Shown here piece after piece: positions 25,351 to 33,118 of a stretch of DNA of 53,891 nucleotides (positions within the stretch are counted from its first letter, which is position 1; the number at the start of each line of letters is the position of its first letter). This DNA is from Candidatus Aminicenantes bacterium. Its GTDB lineage: Bacteria; Acidobacteriota; Aminicenantia; S016-38. Position numbers and translations under genes: made by a program. The stretch is taken from positions 1 to 53,891 of the forward strand of contig JALVRF010000005.1 in assembly GCA_027025175.1 (NCBI GenBank), in the 5' to 3' direction. The notes under the pieces were generated by a model. That model did no database searches. It worked only from the letters and a program-made list of their open reading frames with translations, and had not been told where the DNA came from.

Positions 25351-27102
25351 TTAATACTTCACTGTTTCCCTTACTACTTCCTCTATGGAAGTAATACCCT
25401 GTTTTATCTTCTCAAGCCCGCTCCTTCTGAGGGTTATCATACCCTCCTCTATGGCCTTTCTCCTTATTTCCGCAGATGAGGCGCCGGAAAGGATGAGTTC
25501 CTGTATTTCTTCCGTCACCTCAAGGACCTCAAAAAGTCCTATCCTGCCTTTATATCCCGTGTTGTTGCAGTGCTTACAGCCAACGGGTTTGTAAACAGTA
25601 ACGGTCTTGGCCTCTTCAGGGGTAAATCCAAGTTCTATCAAAACCTGGGGAGGCACATCTGCAGGCTCTTTGCACTTACTGCAGAGTCTCCTCACAAGCC
25701 TCTGGGCCACTATAGCCACCACGGAGGTTGCCACCAGGAAGGGTTCTATTCCCATGTTTATGAGCCTTGTAACGGCACTGGCAGCGTCATTGGTATGAAG
25801 GGTGGAAAGAACTAAGTGACCTGTAAGGGCTGCTTTAATGGCTATCTCAGCGGTTTCAAAGTCCCTTATCTCACCCACTAGTATTATGTTTGGGTCCTGC
25901 CTGAGGAAGGCCCTTAGAGCCGAAGCAAAACTCAATCCTATGTCCTCCCTTATGTGAACCTGGTTTATCCCGTACAGGTTAAATTCCACGGGATCTTCAG
26001 CGGTCATTATGTTAACTTCAGGGGTGTTGAGGGTGGAAAGGGCAGAATAAAGGGTGTTGGTTTTTCCAGAACCTGTGGGCCCGGTGACCAGTATCATTCC
26101 CCAGGGTCTCTTTATGGCCTTCTGGAACTTCTCAAGGCTTTCCGGTTCAAAACCAAGTTGTGTAAGGTCAAGGCGGAGTTGATCCCTGTCAAGAATCCTT
26201 ATGACCACCTTTTCGCCGAAAATTGTGGGAAGGATGGAAACCCTCATATCCACTTCCTTTTTCCTTCCCTCGTCCGTTCTCACCTTCATCTTTATTCTTC
26301 CGTCCTGGGGAAGTCTTTTTTCGGCTATGTTAAGATGGGACAGAATCTTAATTCTTGAAACTATACCGTCCTTCATTCTTAAAGGAGGTGTCATAACAGG
26401 ATGCAGAACACCGTCTATCCTGTATCTCACCCTCAATTCCTTTTCGTATGGTTCTATGTGTATGTCTGAAGCACCACGGTTTATGGCCTCCCTCAAAATA
26501 AGATTCACCAGCCTCACCACCGGTTTCTCCTCCGCCTCCCTGCTCAGCGTCCTTACATCCGCTTCTTCCTCCTCTTCCACCATCTCCAGGTCCTCTCCCT
26601 CCAGGTCAAGGTCTGCAAGTTCATCTATACTTTCTCCCATTATGTTTTCCATCTCTTCTTTGACTTCTATCTCGTGCTCGGAGCCGTAAAGTTTTTCTAT
26701 AGCCTCTATTATGGAGGATTCCGATGCTACCGCCGGCTGTATGTTTAGACCCGTTATAAATTTTAGTTCCTCTATGGCATAAAGATTGGTGGGATCTGCC
26801 ATGGCCACGGTCAAAGTTGCCCCTGCCCTGTCAACAGGAACAAGCATATATTTCCTTGCTATTTCCGCAGGAACCCACTCCTTTACTTTAGGGGAAAGTT
26901 CAAATTTTGAGAGATTTATATACGGATAACCGTATTGTCTGGAAAGGACAGAGGTAACCTGATCCTCAGTAGCAAATCCCAATTTAATGAGTATGGAACC
27001 AAGCCTCCCTCCGTGAAGTCTCTGGTATTCCAGAGCCTCCTCAAGTTGGGAGGGAGTGATTATCCCCTCTTTAACCAGCAATTCGCCCAACTTGCTCGCC
27101 AT
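25351..27102 (-). CDS. pilB: Type IV pilus assembly ATPase PilB (GspE family)
   Basis: 583 aa. MshEN/T2SSE N-domain (LGELLVKEGIITPSQLEEAL), Walker A GPTGSGKTNT, and tetracysteine CSKCKEP...CKHCNNTGYKGR. Confidence 0.9.
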   Translation of the reverse strand: MASKLGELLVKEGIITPSQLEEALEYQRLHGGRLGSILIKLGFATEDQVTSVLSRQYGYPYINLSKFELSPKVKEWVPAEIARKYMLVPVDRAGATLTVAMADPTNLYAIEELKFITGLNIQPAVASESSIIEAIEKLYGSEHEIEVKEEMENIMGESIDELADLDLEGEDLEMVEEEEEADVRTLSREAEEKPVVRLVNLILREAINRGASDIHIEPYEKELRVRYRIDGVLHPVMTPPLRMKDGIVSRIKILSHLNIAEKRLPQDGRIKMKVRTDEGRKKEVDMRVSILPTIFGEKVVIRILDRDQLRLDLTQLGFEPESLEKFQKAIKRPWGMILVTGPTGSGKTNTLYSALSTLNTPEVNIMTAEDPVEFNLYGINQVHIREDIGLSFASALRAFLRQDPNIILVGEIRDFETAEIAIKAALTGHLVLSTLHTNDAASAVTRLINMGIEPFLVATSVVAIVAQRLVRRLCSKCKEPADVPPQVLIELGFTPEEAKTVTVYKPVGCKHCNNTGYKGRIGLFEVLEVTEEIQELILSGASSAEIRRKAIEEGMITLRRSGLEKIKQGITSIEEVVRETVKY

Positions 27103-27140
27103 TTTTATCTCCTTAAAAATCTTCCTTTTCAGGAATTATA

Positions 27141-28148
27141 TTAAAACGCATTTGTAATAGCAAGGGAAATCATAAATCCCGCTTTTTCTCCCTTTCTTAA
27201 ATTCATGCCCGCCCTTAAACTCAATCTCCTGTAGCGAAGTGCTCCGTAAAGGGAATAGAATTTTTCCCCTTCCCACTGCCGGAAACCGGCTCCCAGGTTA
27301 ATCACTCTGGCATCAAATATTAAGGAGAAAAAATACCTGTTTTTATAAGAGGTGGCGTCTGCTCCGGCGGAAAGATAAAAGGCAGATGAAATTTTGTAAG
27401 AACCTGCTACCAGAACGTATTCGGGCGTAATCTTTTCACCCCTGGATATGGGAATATCAAGCATGGATACTGCGAACATTAATTTTCCCGTGAGAAACCC
27501 TGCAAAGCCCAGATCCAGGGCCATCCTTTTTCCTGTTTTCACTTCCCCTTCCTCCAATCCGAGAAGTTCTCCCGGGGAAGCGAAGTTCTTTTCGTCGGAT
27601 ACGGGCAAACTGAAATTCCAGTTTTTATAAAAAACATATTTGGTGGTTATACCCATGAAAATCCTGTTTTTTCTCAGGAAATAAGCCTTGGAAAAGAATA
27701 TCTCCTTCCTCTGCCTGATTTTATAATTCACCAGGAAATCCTCAGGATTTTCAGGGGAAAAATTTTCTCCCTCTGTGCCGAAGGCTGCAAGTTCCCTATG
27801 ATAAATATATCCAAAGGCTCCTCCCCTACCGCTGATATAGACCGTCCTGGAAAAACTGGTATAGGAATTTCCCCCCTCCACCTTTTTGAGGCCCTCATAT
27901 GAGGAGGAAGATTTACTCCGTAGCATTGAAAAAAGCCCCGAGCAATCCATGGTAAAATTTCCCTGAGAATATTGAATGGAAGGAAAATTAAAGGCCGCCA
28001 GGGCTGGATTGTAAAGCGACCCGGACTCCTGCGATAGACTGGTAAGGGCAGCCGAGGGCATTACCCCGATGGGGTCAAGAACCGGAATTTGAAAATCCGA
28101 AGCATAAATGGAAACAAATAAAAGCAGAATAAATAAAACTTTTCTCAT
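27141..28148 (-). CDS. Putative outer-membrane beta-barrel protein (unknown family)
   Basis: 335 aa with a signal peptide, LYNPALAAF near the N-terminus, amphipathic strand pattern and a C-terminal ...ITNAF. Confidence 0.5.
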   Translation of the reverse strand: MRKVLFILLLFVSIYASDFQIPVLDPIGVMPSAALTSLSQESGSLYNPALAAFNFPSIQYSQGNFTMDCSGLFSMLRSKSSSSYEGLKKVEGGNSYTSFSRTVYISGRGGAFGYIYHRELAAFGTEGENFSPENPEDFLVNYKIRQRKEIFFSKAYFLRKNRIFMGITTKYVFYKNWNFSLPVSDEKNFASPGELLGLEEGEVKTGKRMALDLGFAGFLTGKLMFAVSMLDIPISRGEKITPEYVLVAGSYKISSAFYLSAGADATSYKNRYFFSLIFDARVINLGAGFRQWEGEKFYSLYGALRYRRLSLRAGMNLRKGEKAGFMISLAITNAF

Positions 28149-28858
28149 AGCCCAAGAACCTTCTTCTCAAGATTGATTATTTCTCCGGTTTTTTCAAGGC
28201 CTATATCTATAAGTTCAAGAAGAACTTTTTTAGAAAAACTTCCCCCTTCTCCCGTTCCCTGAATTTCCACAAGTTCTCCCTTCTCCGTGGCTATGATGTT
28301 GAGATCCAGGGAAGCCTTTGAATCCTCATCGTAATCCAGGTCCACCAGAATTTTCCCTTCCACAATTCCAAGGCTCACCCCTGCAATGAGTTCCTTCATT
28401 GGGTTATCAAATAGTTGATTTTCGTAGACCATTTTTTTGAAGGCAGAATAAACTGAGATTACCCCTCCGAAAAGACTCGCCATCCTGGTGCCCCCATCTG
28501 CCTGAATAACATCACAGTCCACGGTTACCGTCCTTTCGCCAAGCATTTCAAGGTCCACCACCGCTCTGAGAGCCCTCCCTATGAGCCTTTGAATCTCATG
28601 ACTTCTTCCGGAAACCCTGGTCTCCCTGCCCTCGCGAAGTTTCCTCCTGTCAGTGGAACGGGGAAGCATGTTGTATTCGGCGGTAATCCAGCCTTTCCCG
28701 CTGCCCTTGAGCCACGCAGGGACCTTTTCTTCCACCGAAGCGGCAACGATTATTATGTTGTCTCCCCAGCGAACAAGGGCAGAGCCCTCTGCATATTTAA
28801 GATAATCGGGAATTACTTCAATTTTCCGAAGTTCGTTCCAGTCCCTATTCTTTCTCAT
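28145..28858 (-). CDS. rph: Ribonuclease PH
   Basis: The track ORF extends to 28957, but homology-type sequence begins at MRKNRDWNELRKIEV (ATG 28858). GSALVRWGDN, TAEYNMLPRST, SGRSHEIQRLIGRALR and DCDVIQADGGTR are RNase PH blocks. Confidence 0.9.
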   Translation of the reverse strand: MRKNRDWNELRKIEVIPDYLKYAEGSALVRWGDNIIIVAASVEEKVPAWLKGSGKGWITAEYNMLPRSTDRRKLREGRETRVSGRSHEIQRLIGRALRAVVDLEMLGERTVTVDCDVIQADGGTRMASLFGGVISVYSAFKKMVYENQLFDNPMKELIAGVSLGIVEGKILVDLDYDEDSKASLDLNIIATEKGELVEIQGTGEGGSFSKKVLLELIDIGLEKTGEIINLEKKVLGL

Positions 28859-29483
28859 ATCCCACTTTTTTGATAAGGGCTTTTTCAAAGTTTTTGGCAA
28901 AAAGTTCCGCATCCCGACTGGAGCCCACAATCCTACCCCAGTGCATGGGAATGACAACTTCTACATCCATTTTCCTGGCCGCCTCCAGGGCCTGAGCCCA
29001 ATCCATGGTATAAGTGCCTCCCACGGGTAAAAGGGCCACATCCACCTTTAACCCCTCCATCTCAGGGATAAGATCCGTATCCCCTGCATGATAAACGCTG
29101 CCTATGGGAGTCTCCACAATATAACCTACCCAGCCCTTCTCCTTTGGATGAAAACTTTTTTCCATGTTATATGCAGGAATTGTTCTTATAACGAATTCTC
29201 CCAGGGTAACCTCCTGACCCGGAATCACATGAACTGCGTTGGGATAGGTGAATTTATTTTTAGATTCTTCCGGAAGAACTGCCACGGTGCCCTTTCTTTC
29301 CACCTTTTCAATGTCCTGTGGTGAAAGGTGGTCAAAATGGGGATGGGTTATAAGTATTATGTCTGCTTTAGGCAAATCTTCTTGAATTGAATAGGGATCA
29401 ATATAAATATTTTTATCCCCTATTCTTAAGAGAAAACTCGCATGCCCCAGCCAGTAAATATTATTCACTAAATCCTGCCTCAT
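28845..29483 (-). CDS. MBL-fold metal-dependent hydrolase
   Basis: 212 aa. HASFLL and the THPHFDH (HxHxDH) motif. Confidence 0.8.
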   Translation of the reverse strand: MRQDLVNNIYWLGHASFLLRIGDKNIYIDPYSIQEDLPKADIILITHPHFDHLSPQDIEKVERKGTVAVLPEESKNKFTYPNAVHVIPGQEVTLGEFVIRTIPAYNMEKSFHPKEKGWVGYIVETPIGSVYHAGDTDLIPEMEGLKVDVALLPVGGTYTMDWAQALEAARKMDVEVVIPMHWGRIVGSSRDAELFAKNFEKALIKKVGYEKE

Positions 29484-29488
29484 AATTC

Positions 29489-30388
29489 TTATTTTAGGAC
29501 AAGGGGCCAGGATTTCAAGACTTCATCAAGCCTTAGAAGGGCTTTTTCGGAAACCCTTGCTCTCCAATTAATAACGAAAATCCCTCCCCTGTAGTTTTCA
29601 AGTTTTTTTATTTTAACGAAGTCCTTTTCCGTGGTGTAAACTGGCAGTCCATGGCTCCTGGTATAAATCTCATCCAGGTCCTCAGGGGTATAAGTGTGGT
29701 GGTCCGGGAAAATAAGAGAACCCTCCAGTAGAGGAAAAAGGGATAGAAATTTTTCTGGCCTGGCGATGCCACAGAAGGCAAAAACCCTTTCTTCAGGGAT
29801 TCCTTCAGGATAAAGTGAATAAGCATAGGGGTTGTCTGAGCCTTCTTTGAGGGGACTAAGAACCAGGTGAGCCCAGCGCAGGGCCCTTTTGCTTTCCCTT
29901 AAATAAAAATTGGGAATTTCCGGAGAATGTAGGACAACTTCAATCTTCTTCAACTTCAGGTATTGGAAGGCGTCGTCAAGGATGAGGAGGTTAATCCCCC
30001 TGTTTTTAGCCATCTCTGCCAGGGCCTCCCTTTTCTTCCCCACAAAAATCCACGCATCAGGAAGGGCCTCCCTCAAAACCGCTGCCTCGTCTCCGGCTTC
30101 AAAGGGGTTTATTTCCTCCCGGGGAAAATAGGCTCTTTCCCCCTTAATCTTTCCCCGATAGCCCCGGGTTCCCACCCCCACGGATAGCCCTTTTTGGCTA
30201 TAGTATTGGGAAAGAAATATGGTCACCGGAGTTTTACCCGTTCCCCCGAAGGCTATGTTCCCCACGGAAATAACTGGAATTTCCGGAATTTCCCCTCTAA
30301 TTAGGTACCTTCTTAAAAATACAAGTTCCCTGTAAGGGAAAAGCAGGGGCTCAAACAGCCTGAATATTCTGAAGGATAATTTCTGCAT
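29489..30388 (-). CDS. lpxK: Tetraacyldisaccharide 4'-kinase
   Basis: 299 aa. VISVGNIAFGGTGKTPV is the LpxK P-loop block. Confidence 0.85.
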   Translation of the reverse strand: MQKLSFRIFRLFEPLLFPYRELVFLRRYLIRGEIPEIPVISVGNIAFGGTGKTPVTIFLSQYYSQKGLSVGVGTRGYRGKIKGERAYFPREEINPFEAGDEAAVLREALPDAWIFVGKKREALAEMAKNRGINLLILDDAFQYLKLKKIEVVLHSPEIPNFYLRESKRALRWAHLVLSPLKEGSDNPYAYSLYPEGIPEERVFAFCGIARPEKFLSLFPLLEGSLIFPDHHTYTPEDLDEIYTRSHGLPVYTTEKDFVKIKKLENYRGGIFVINWRARVSEKALLRLDEVLKSWPLVLK

Positions 30389-31559
30389 TTCTCCTCGTGG
30401 CCCCCTTCAACCTTTCAAGTATTTCTCTCCCCTTTTCCCCGATCCAGGCCAATTTACCATCCAGGGCCTGGCTCATTATACTGGAAAGTTCGTGGCTGGT
30501 CCGGAAAAGGAGGGCGCCTCCTTCCCTCAAAAATTCCCCGGCAAGGTCCCGGAAGTTTTCCATGTGGGGTCCAAAGGCAACAGGCGAGGAAAAGAAAGCA
30601 GGTTCCAGGAGGTTGTGCCCGCCGTAAGGTCTTATGCTACCCCCAATAATAGAAAGGACCGAATTTCGGTAAAGAAGGGCAAGTTCACCCATGGTGTCAA
30701 GAATCATTACCTGCCAATCCCCCTCCCATTCTTCACTTCTTTTTACTGTGGAAAACCCCATGGAAACCGCCTGGGAAAAACTCTCCTCTGCCCGTTCGGG
30801 ATGCCGGGGAGCCAGGAGAAGCCTTGCCCTTTCCCTAAACTTCCAGAAGGCACTCAGGACAAATTTGTCCTCCTCCCTGTCCATGGTGCTTCCAGCCACC
30901 ATGTAGGGTCCGGGAATCTTAAAGGGCAACGAGCCCTTTATCTCAAAATCCGCCTTCATATTTCCGGTGACGAAGATTTTCTCCTCAGGGGCTCCCAGTT
31001 CAAGAAATCTCCGATAATATTCCCTGTTTTGAACGCATATAGCCTCAAAACTGGAGACTACCCTTTTCATAAGGCTCCTTAACCTCCGGTACCGGCGGAA
31101 ACTCGTCGGGGAAATTCTGCCGTTGACCAGGAAAATCTTAACACCTTTCCTGTGAGCCCTCAGGATGAAGTTGGGCCAGAGTTCTGTCTCGGCTATCACC
31201 ACCGCATCGGGTTCCACCTCCTCCAGAAACCGATTAACCACATGGGGAAAGTCCAGGGGAAAATAAAATACAGGGTGGTGAGGAAATTTCCCCTTAGCCA
31301 CCCTCATCCCGGTGGAGGTGGTGGTGGAAATAAGAAGTTCCAGATTATTCCCCTCCAGGGCTTTCACCAGGGGAACCAGAGATAAAACCTCCCCCACGGA
31401 AACCCCGTGAAGCCATATTCTTTTCTGCTCTTTGGGTGGAAGTTTCGGTGGCCACAATTTATCTCTTAAAACAAATTTTTTCCCTTTTATTTTGCTTTTC
31501 AGATAAAAATAGGAAAGCGGCAGGGGGGATAGAAGGTAAGTTGCTATTTCCAAAATCAC
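30351..31559 (-). CDS. waaA: 3-deoxy-D-manno-octulosonic acid (Kdo) transferase
   Basis: 402 aa. N-terminal anchor, then IWLHGVSVGEV (the WaaA motif). GTG start. Confidence 0.85.
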   Translation of the reverse strand: MILEIATYLLSPLPLSYFYLKSKIKGKKFVLRDKLWPPKLPPKEQKRIWLHGVSVGEVLSLVPLVKALEGNNLELLISTTTSTGMRVAKGKFPHHPVFYFPLDFPHVVNRFLEEVEPDAVVIAETELWPNFILRAHRKGVKIFLVNGRISPTSFRRYRRLRSLMKRVVSSFEAICVQNREYYRRFLELGAPEEKIFVTGNMKADFEIKGSLPFKIPGPYMVAGSTMDREEDKFVLSAFWKFRERARLLLAPRHPERAEESFSQAVSMGFSTVKRSEEWEGDWQVMILDTMGELALLYRNSVLSIIGGSIRPYGGHNLLEPAFFSSPVAFGPHMENFRDLAGEFLREGGALLFRTSHELSSIMSQALDGKLAWIGEKGREILERLKGATRRNAEIILQNIQAV

Positions 31560-31565
31560 GGAAAA

Positions 31566-31574
31566 ATTTTAACA
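31566..31574 (-). promoter_or_regulatory. Extended -10 element TGTTAAAAT, 6 nt upstream of the waaA GTG
   Basis: The minus strand reads TGTTAAAATTTTTCC-GTG. It lies inside the 22-bp divergent spacer. Confidence 0.3.
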
Positions 31575-31581
31575 TATTAGC

Positions 31582-32421
31582 ATGATGGAAAAATTACTTG
31601 TGCGGATGCCCAACTGGCTGGGAGATTCGGTAATGTCCGTGGCTGCCCTGAGGCCCCTTTCCCGCAAATATGAACTTTACCTTCTGGGAAAACCCTGGTT
31701 AGGGGAATTATTCTACGGAGAGGAGTTTTTCAAAGGAATATATCCATACAGGTTTATCCTCACCTGCACCCCCATTAAAAACCTGGGCCTGCTCCTGACC
31801 AACTCCTTCTCCTCAGCCCTGAACTTTCTCCTGTGTGGGGTCAGGGAAAGGATTGGTTACCAGAAGGAGGGGAGAGGCTTTCTTCTGACGAAAAAAATAA
31901 AATGGGCTAAGGAGCATCAGGTATTAAGATACACCAGGCTGGCAGAATTTCTTCTGAAGGAAAGTATAACCCCGGAAGTAAGACTCAACCCACCGGTCCA
32001 GGAAAAGGAAATAGATGTGGTGCTTGTCCCGGGGGGTTCCAGGCCATCCAGAAGGTGGCCTGTTTCCCATTTTAAACGGCTGGGAAAGATGTTCAGGGAG
32101 AAAAGGCTTTCAGTTCTCTATGTTGGTTCAGAGAAGGAGAAGGAATTGCTTCAGCAGGCCTCGGACACTCTCCCCTTTTCCACACCCGACATGCTGGGCC
32201 TGAAGGAAATCCTGGCCAGGGCAAGGCTGGTTCTTGGAAACGACACGGGTCCCATGCATTTAGCGGACGCCATGGGGACAAAGGTTCTCGTGATTTTCGG
32301 GCCGGCCACTGACCCTGAGATAAATGCTCCATGGAATCAAAAAGAAAATTACATAAGGACCAAGAACCTTTCCAGCCTTCAGCCCGACCAGGTTTTCGAA
32401 AAAGCCATGGAACTTCTGTGA
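31582..32421 (+). CDS. Glycosyltransferase family 9 (LPS heptosyltransferase-like)
   Basis: 279 aa. LLVRMPNWLGDSVMSVAALRPL and GNDTGPMHLADAMGTKVLVIFGP are GT9 blocks. Compact for the family. Confidence 0.8.
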   Translation: MMEKLLVRMPNWLGDSVMSVAALRPLSRKYELYLLGKPWLGELFYGEEFFKGIYPYRFILTCTPIKNLGLLLTNSFSSALNFLLCGVRERIGYQKEGRGFLLTKKIKWAKEHQVLRYTRLAEFLLKESITPEVRLNPPVQEKEIDVVLVPGGSRPSRRWPVSHFKRLGKMFREKRLSVLYVGSEKEKELLQQASDTLPFSTPDMLGLKEILARARLVLGNDTGPMHLADAMGTKVLVIFGPATDPEINAPWNQKENYIRTKNLSSLQPDQVFEKAMELL

Positions 32422-32433
32422 CAAAATTTGTCA
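32419..32433. promoter_or_regulatory. Perfect 15-bp palindrome TGACAAAATTTGTCA (candidate PilR-type UAS)
   Basis: Read directly. It overlaps the heptosyltransferase stop codon, and its centre lies about 70 nt upstream of the -24 GG. A related TGTGTCA follows at 32440-32446. Confidence 0.4.
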
Positions 32434-32494
32434 AACCTCTGTGTCATATTTTGTTTCCCTGAAAAAAGAACCGGCTCCATTGCTGTCTCCAATT

Positions 32495-32509
32495 TGGCAT
32501 GATTTTTGC
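32495..32509 (+). promoter_or_regulatory. Sigma-54 promoter (TGGCAT-N5-TTGC) of the pilin gene
   Basis: TGGCATGATTTTTGC in canonical register. The predicted +1 is about 27 nt before the ATG, with AAGGAGG in the leader. Confidence 0.75.
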
Positions 32510-32547
32510 TTCTACTTAGGATGAAAAAATAAACCAAGGAGGTTACG

Positions 32548-33003
32548 ATGAAGAGACAAAAGGGATTTACCCTTATTGAACTTTTGATCGTGGTGGCCAT
32601 AATCGGAATTCTGGCTGCCATTTTGATTCCCAACCTGCTGGTAGCCATTCAGAAATCCAAGCAGAAATCTACCATGGCTGACCTGCGTAATATTGCTACT
32701 GCTGTAGAAGAGTACAGGCTGGACAACAATGTTCCTCCCACTTCCCTGAATCTGCTCACACAGAACAGCGGATTCTATATCAAGGCAATAAAGACCATTG
32801 ACGCCTGGGGACACACCTTTGACTATCAGGTTGACACCGATGATTACTGGGTTGGTTCTCCTGGAAGGGACTCCGCATATTCCGCGGGTCTTACCGGATG
32901 CTCCACCCTTTATGACCCTCCATCTCAACTTAGCGATTTTGACAACGACATAATTTTCTCTGACGGCCAGCTTATTTGCGGCCCTAGATCCAAACACCAG
33001 TAA
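32548..33003 (+). CDS. Type IV pilin / pseudopilin (prepilin N-terminal methylation motif)
   Basis: 151 aa. MKRQKG|FTLIELLIVVAIIGILAAI is a class III signal with Gly-1, Phe+1 and Glu+5. The globular part (DAWGHTFDY...GSPGRDS) is GspG-like. Two C-terminal Cys residues. Confidence 0.9.
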   Translation: MKRQKGFTLIELLIVVAIIGILAAILIPNLLVAIQKSKQKSTMADLRNIATAVEEYRLDNNVPPTSLNLLTQNSGFYIKAIKTIDAWGHTFDYQVDTDDYWVGSPGRDSAYSAGLTGCSTLYDPPSQLSDFDNDIIFSDGQLICGPRSKHQ

Positions 33004-33028
33004 GGTTTAACTAACCGCAATTACCCTA

Positions 33029-33057
33029 CCCCGCCCTTCGCAGGGCGGGGTTTTTTT
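33029..33057 (+). terminator. Rho-independent terminator
   Basis: CCCCGCCCT-tcgc-AGGGCGGGG followed by TTTTTTT. Confidence 0.85.
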
Positions 33058-33118
33058 ATTTTTAACCTTTACCCTCCGAAATCGTAAAATTCTTTTATAA
33101 CACCTTAAGGAGGGTGGT

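Noticed and set aside
26201-26689. 162-aa Ser-rich plus-strand ORF (and the similar 112-aa Ser-rich ORF at 37366-37704 on the minus strand)
   Set aside because: Both are antisense images of Glu-rich (GAA/GAG-rich) stretches of real genes, pilB and the (EEL)n protein. The Ser runs are the complement of the acidic tracts.
28859-28957. 33-codon N-terminal extension of the RNase PH ORF given in the track
   Set aside because: The extension (MSFPCTGVGLWAPVG...) overlaps the preceding MBL-hydrolase gene and has no counterpart in RNase PH. The family-typical sequence begins at the Met encoded at 28858.
31582-32421. Suspicion that the 279-aa heptosyltransferase is a truncated pseudogene
   Set aside because: Both the N-terminal (NWLGDSVM) and C-terminal (GNDTGPMHLA...FGP) GT9 blocks are present in one frame with normal ends. 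It seems merely compact.
32512-32997. 161-aa minus-strand ORF covering the pilin gene
   Set aside because: The plus-strand frame encodes a textbook prepilin with a sigma-54 promoter, SD and terminator. The antisense ORF has no signals.
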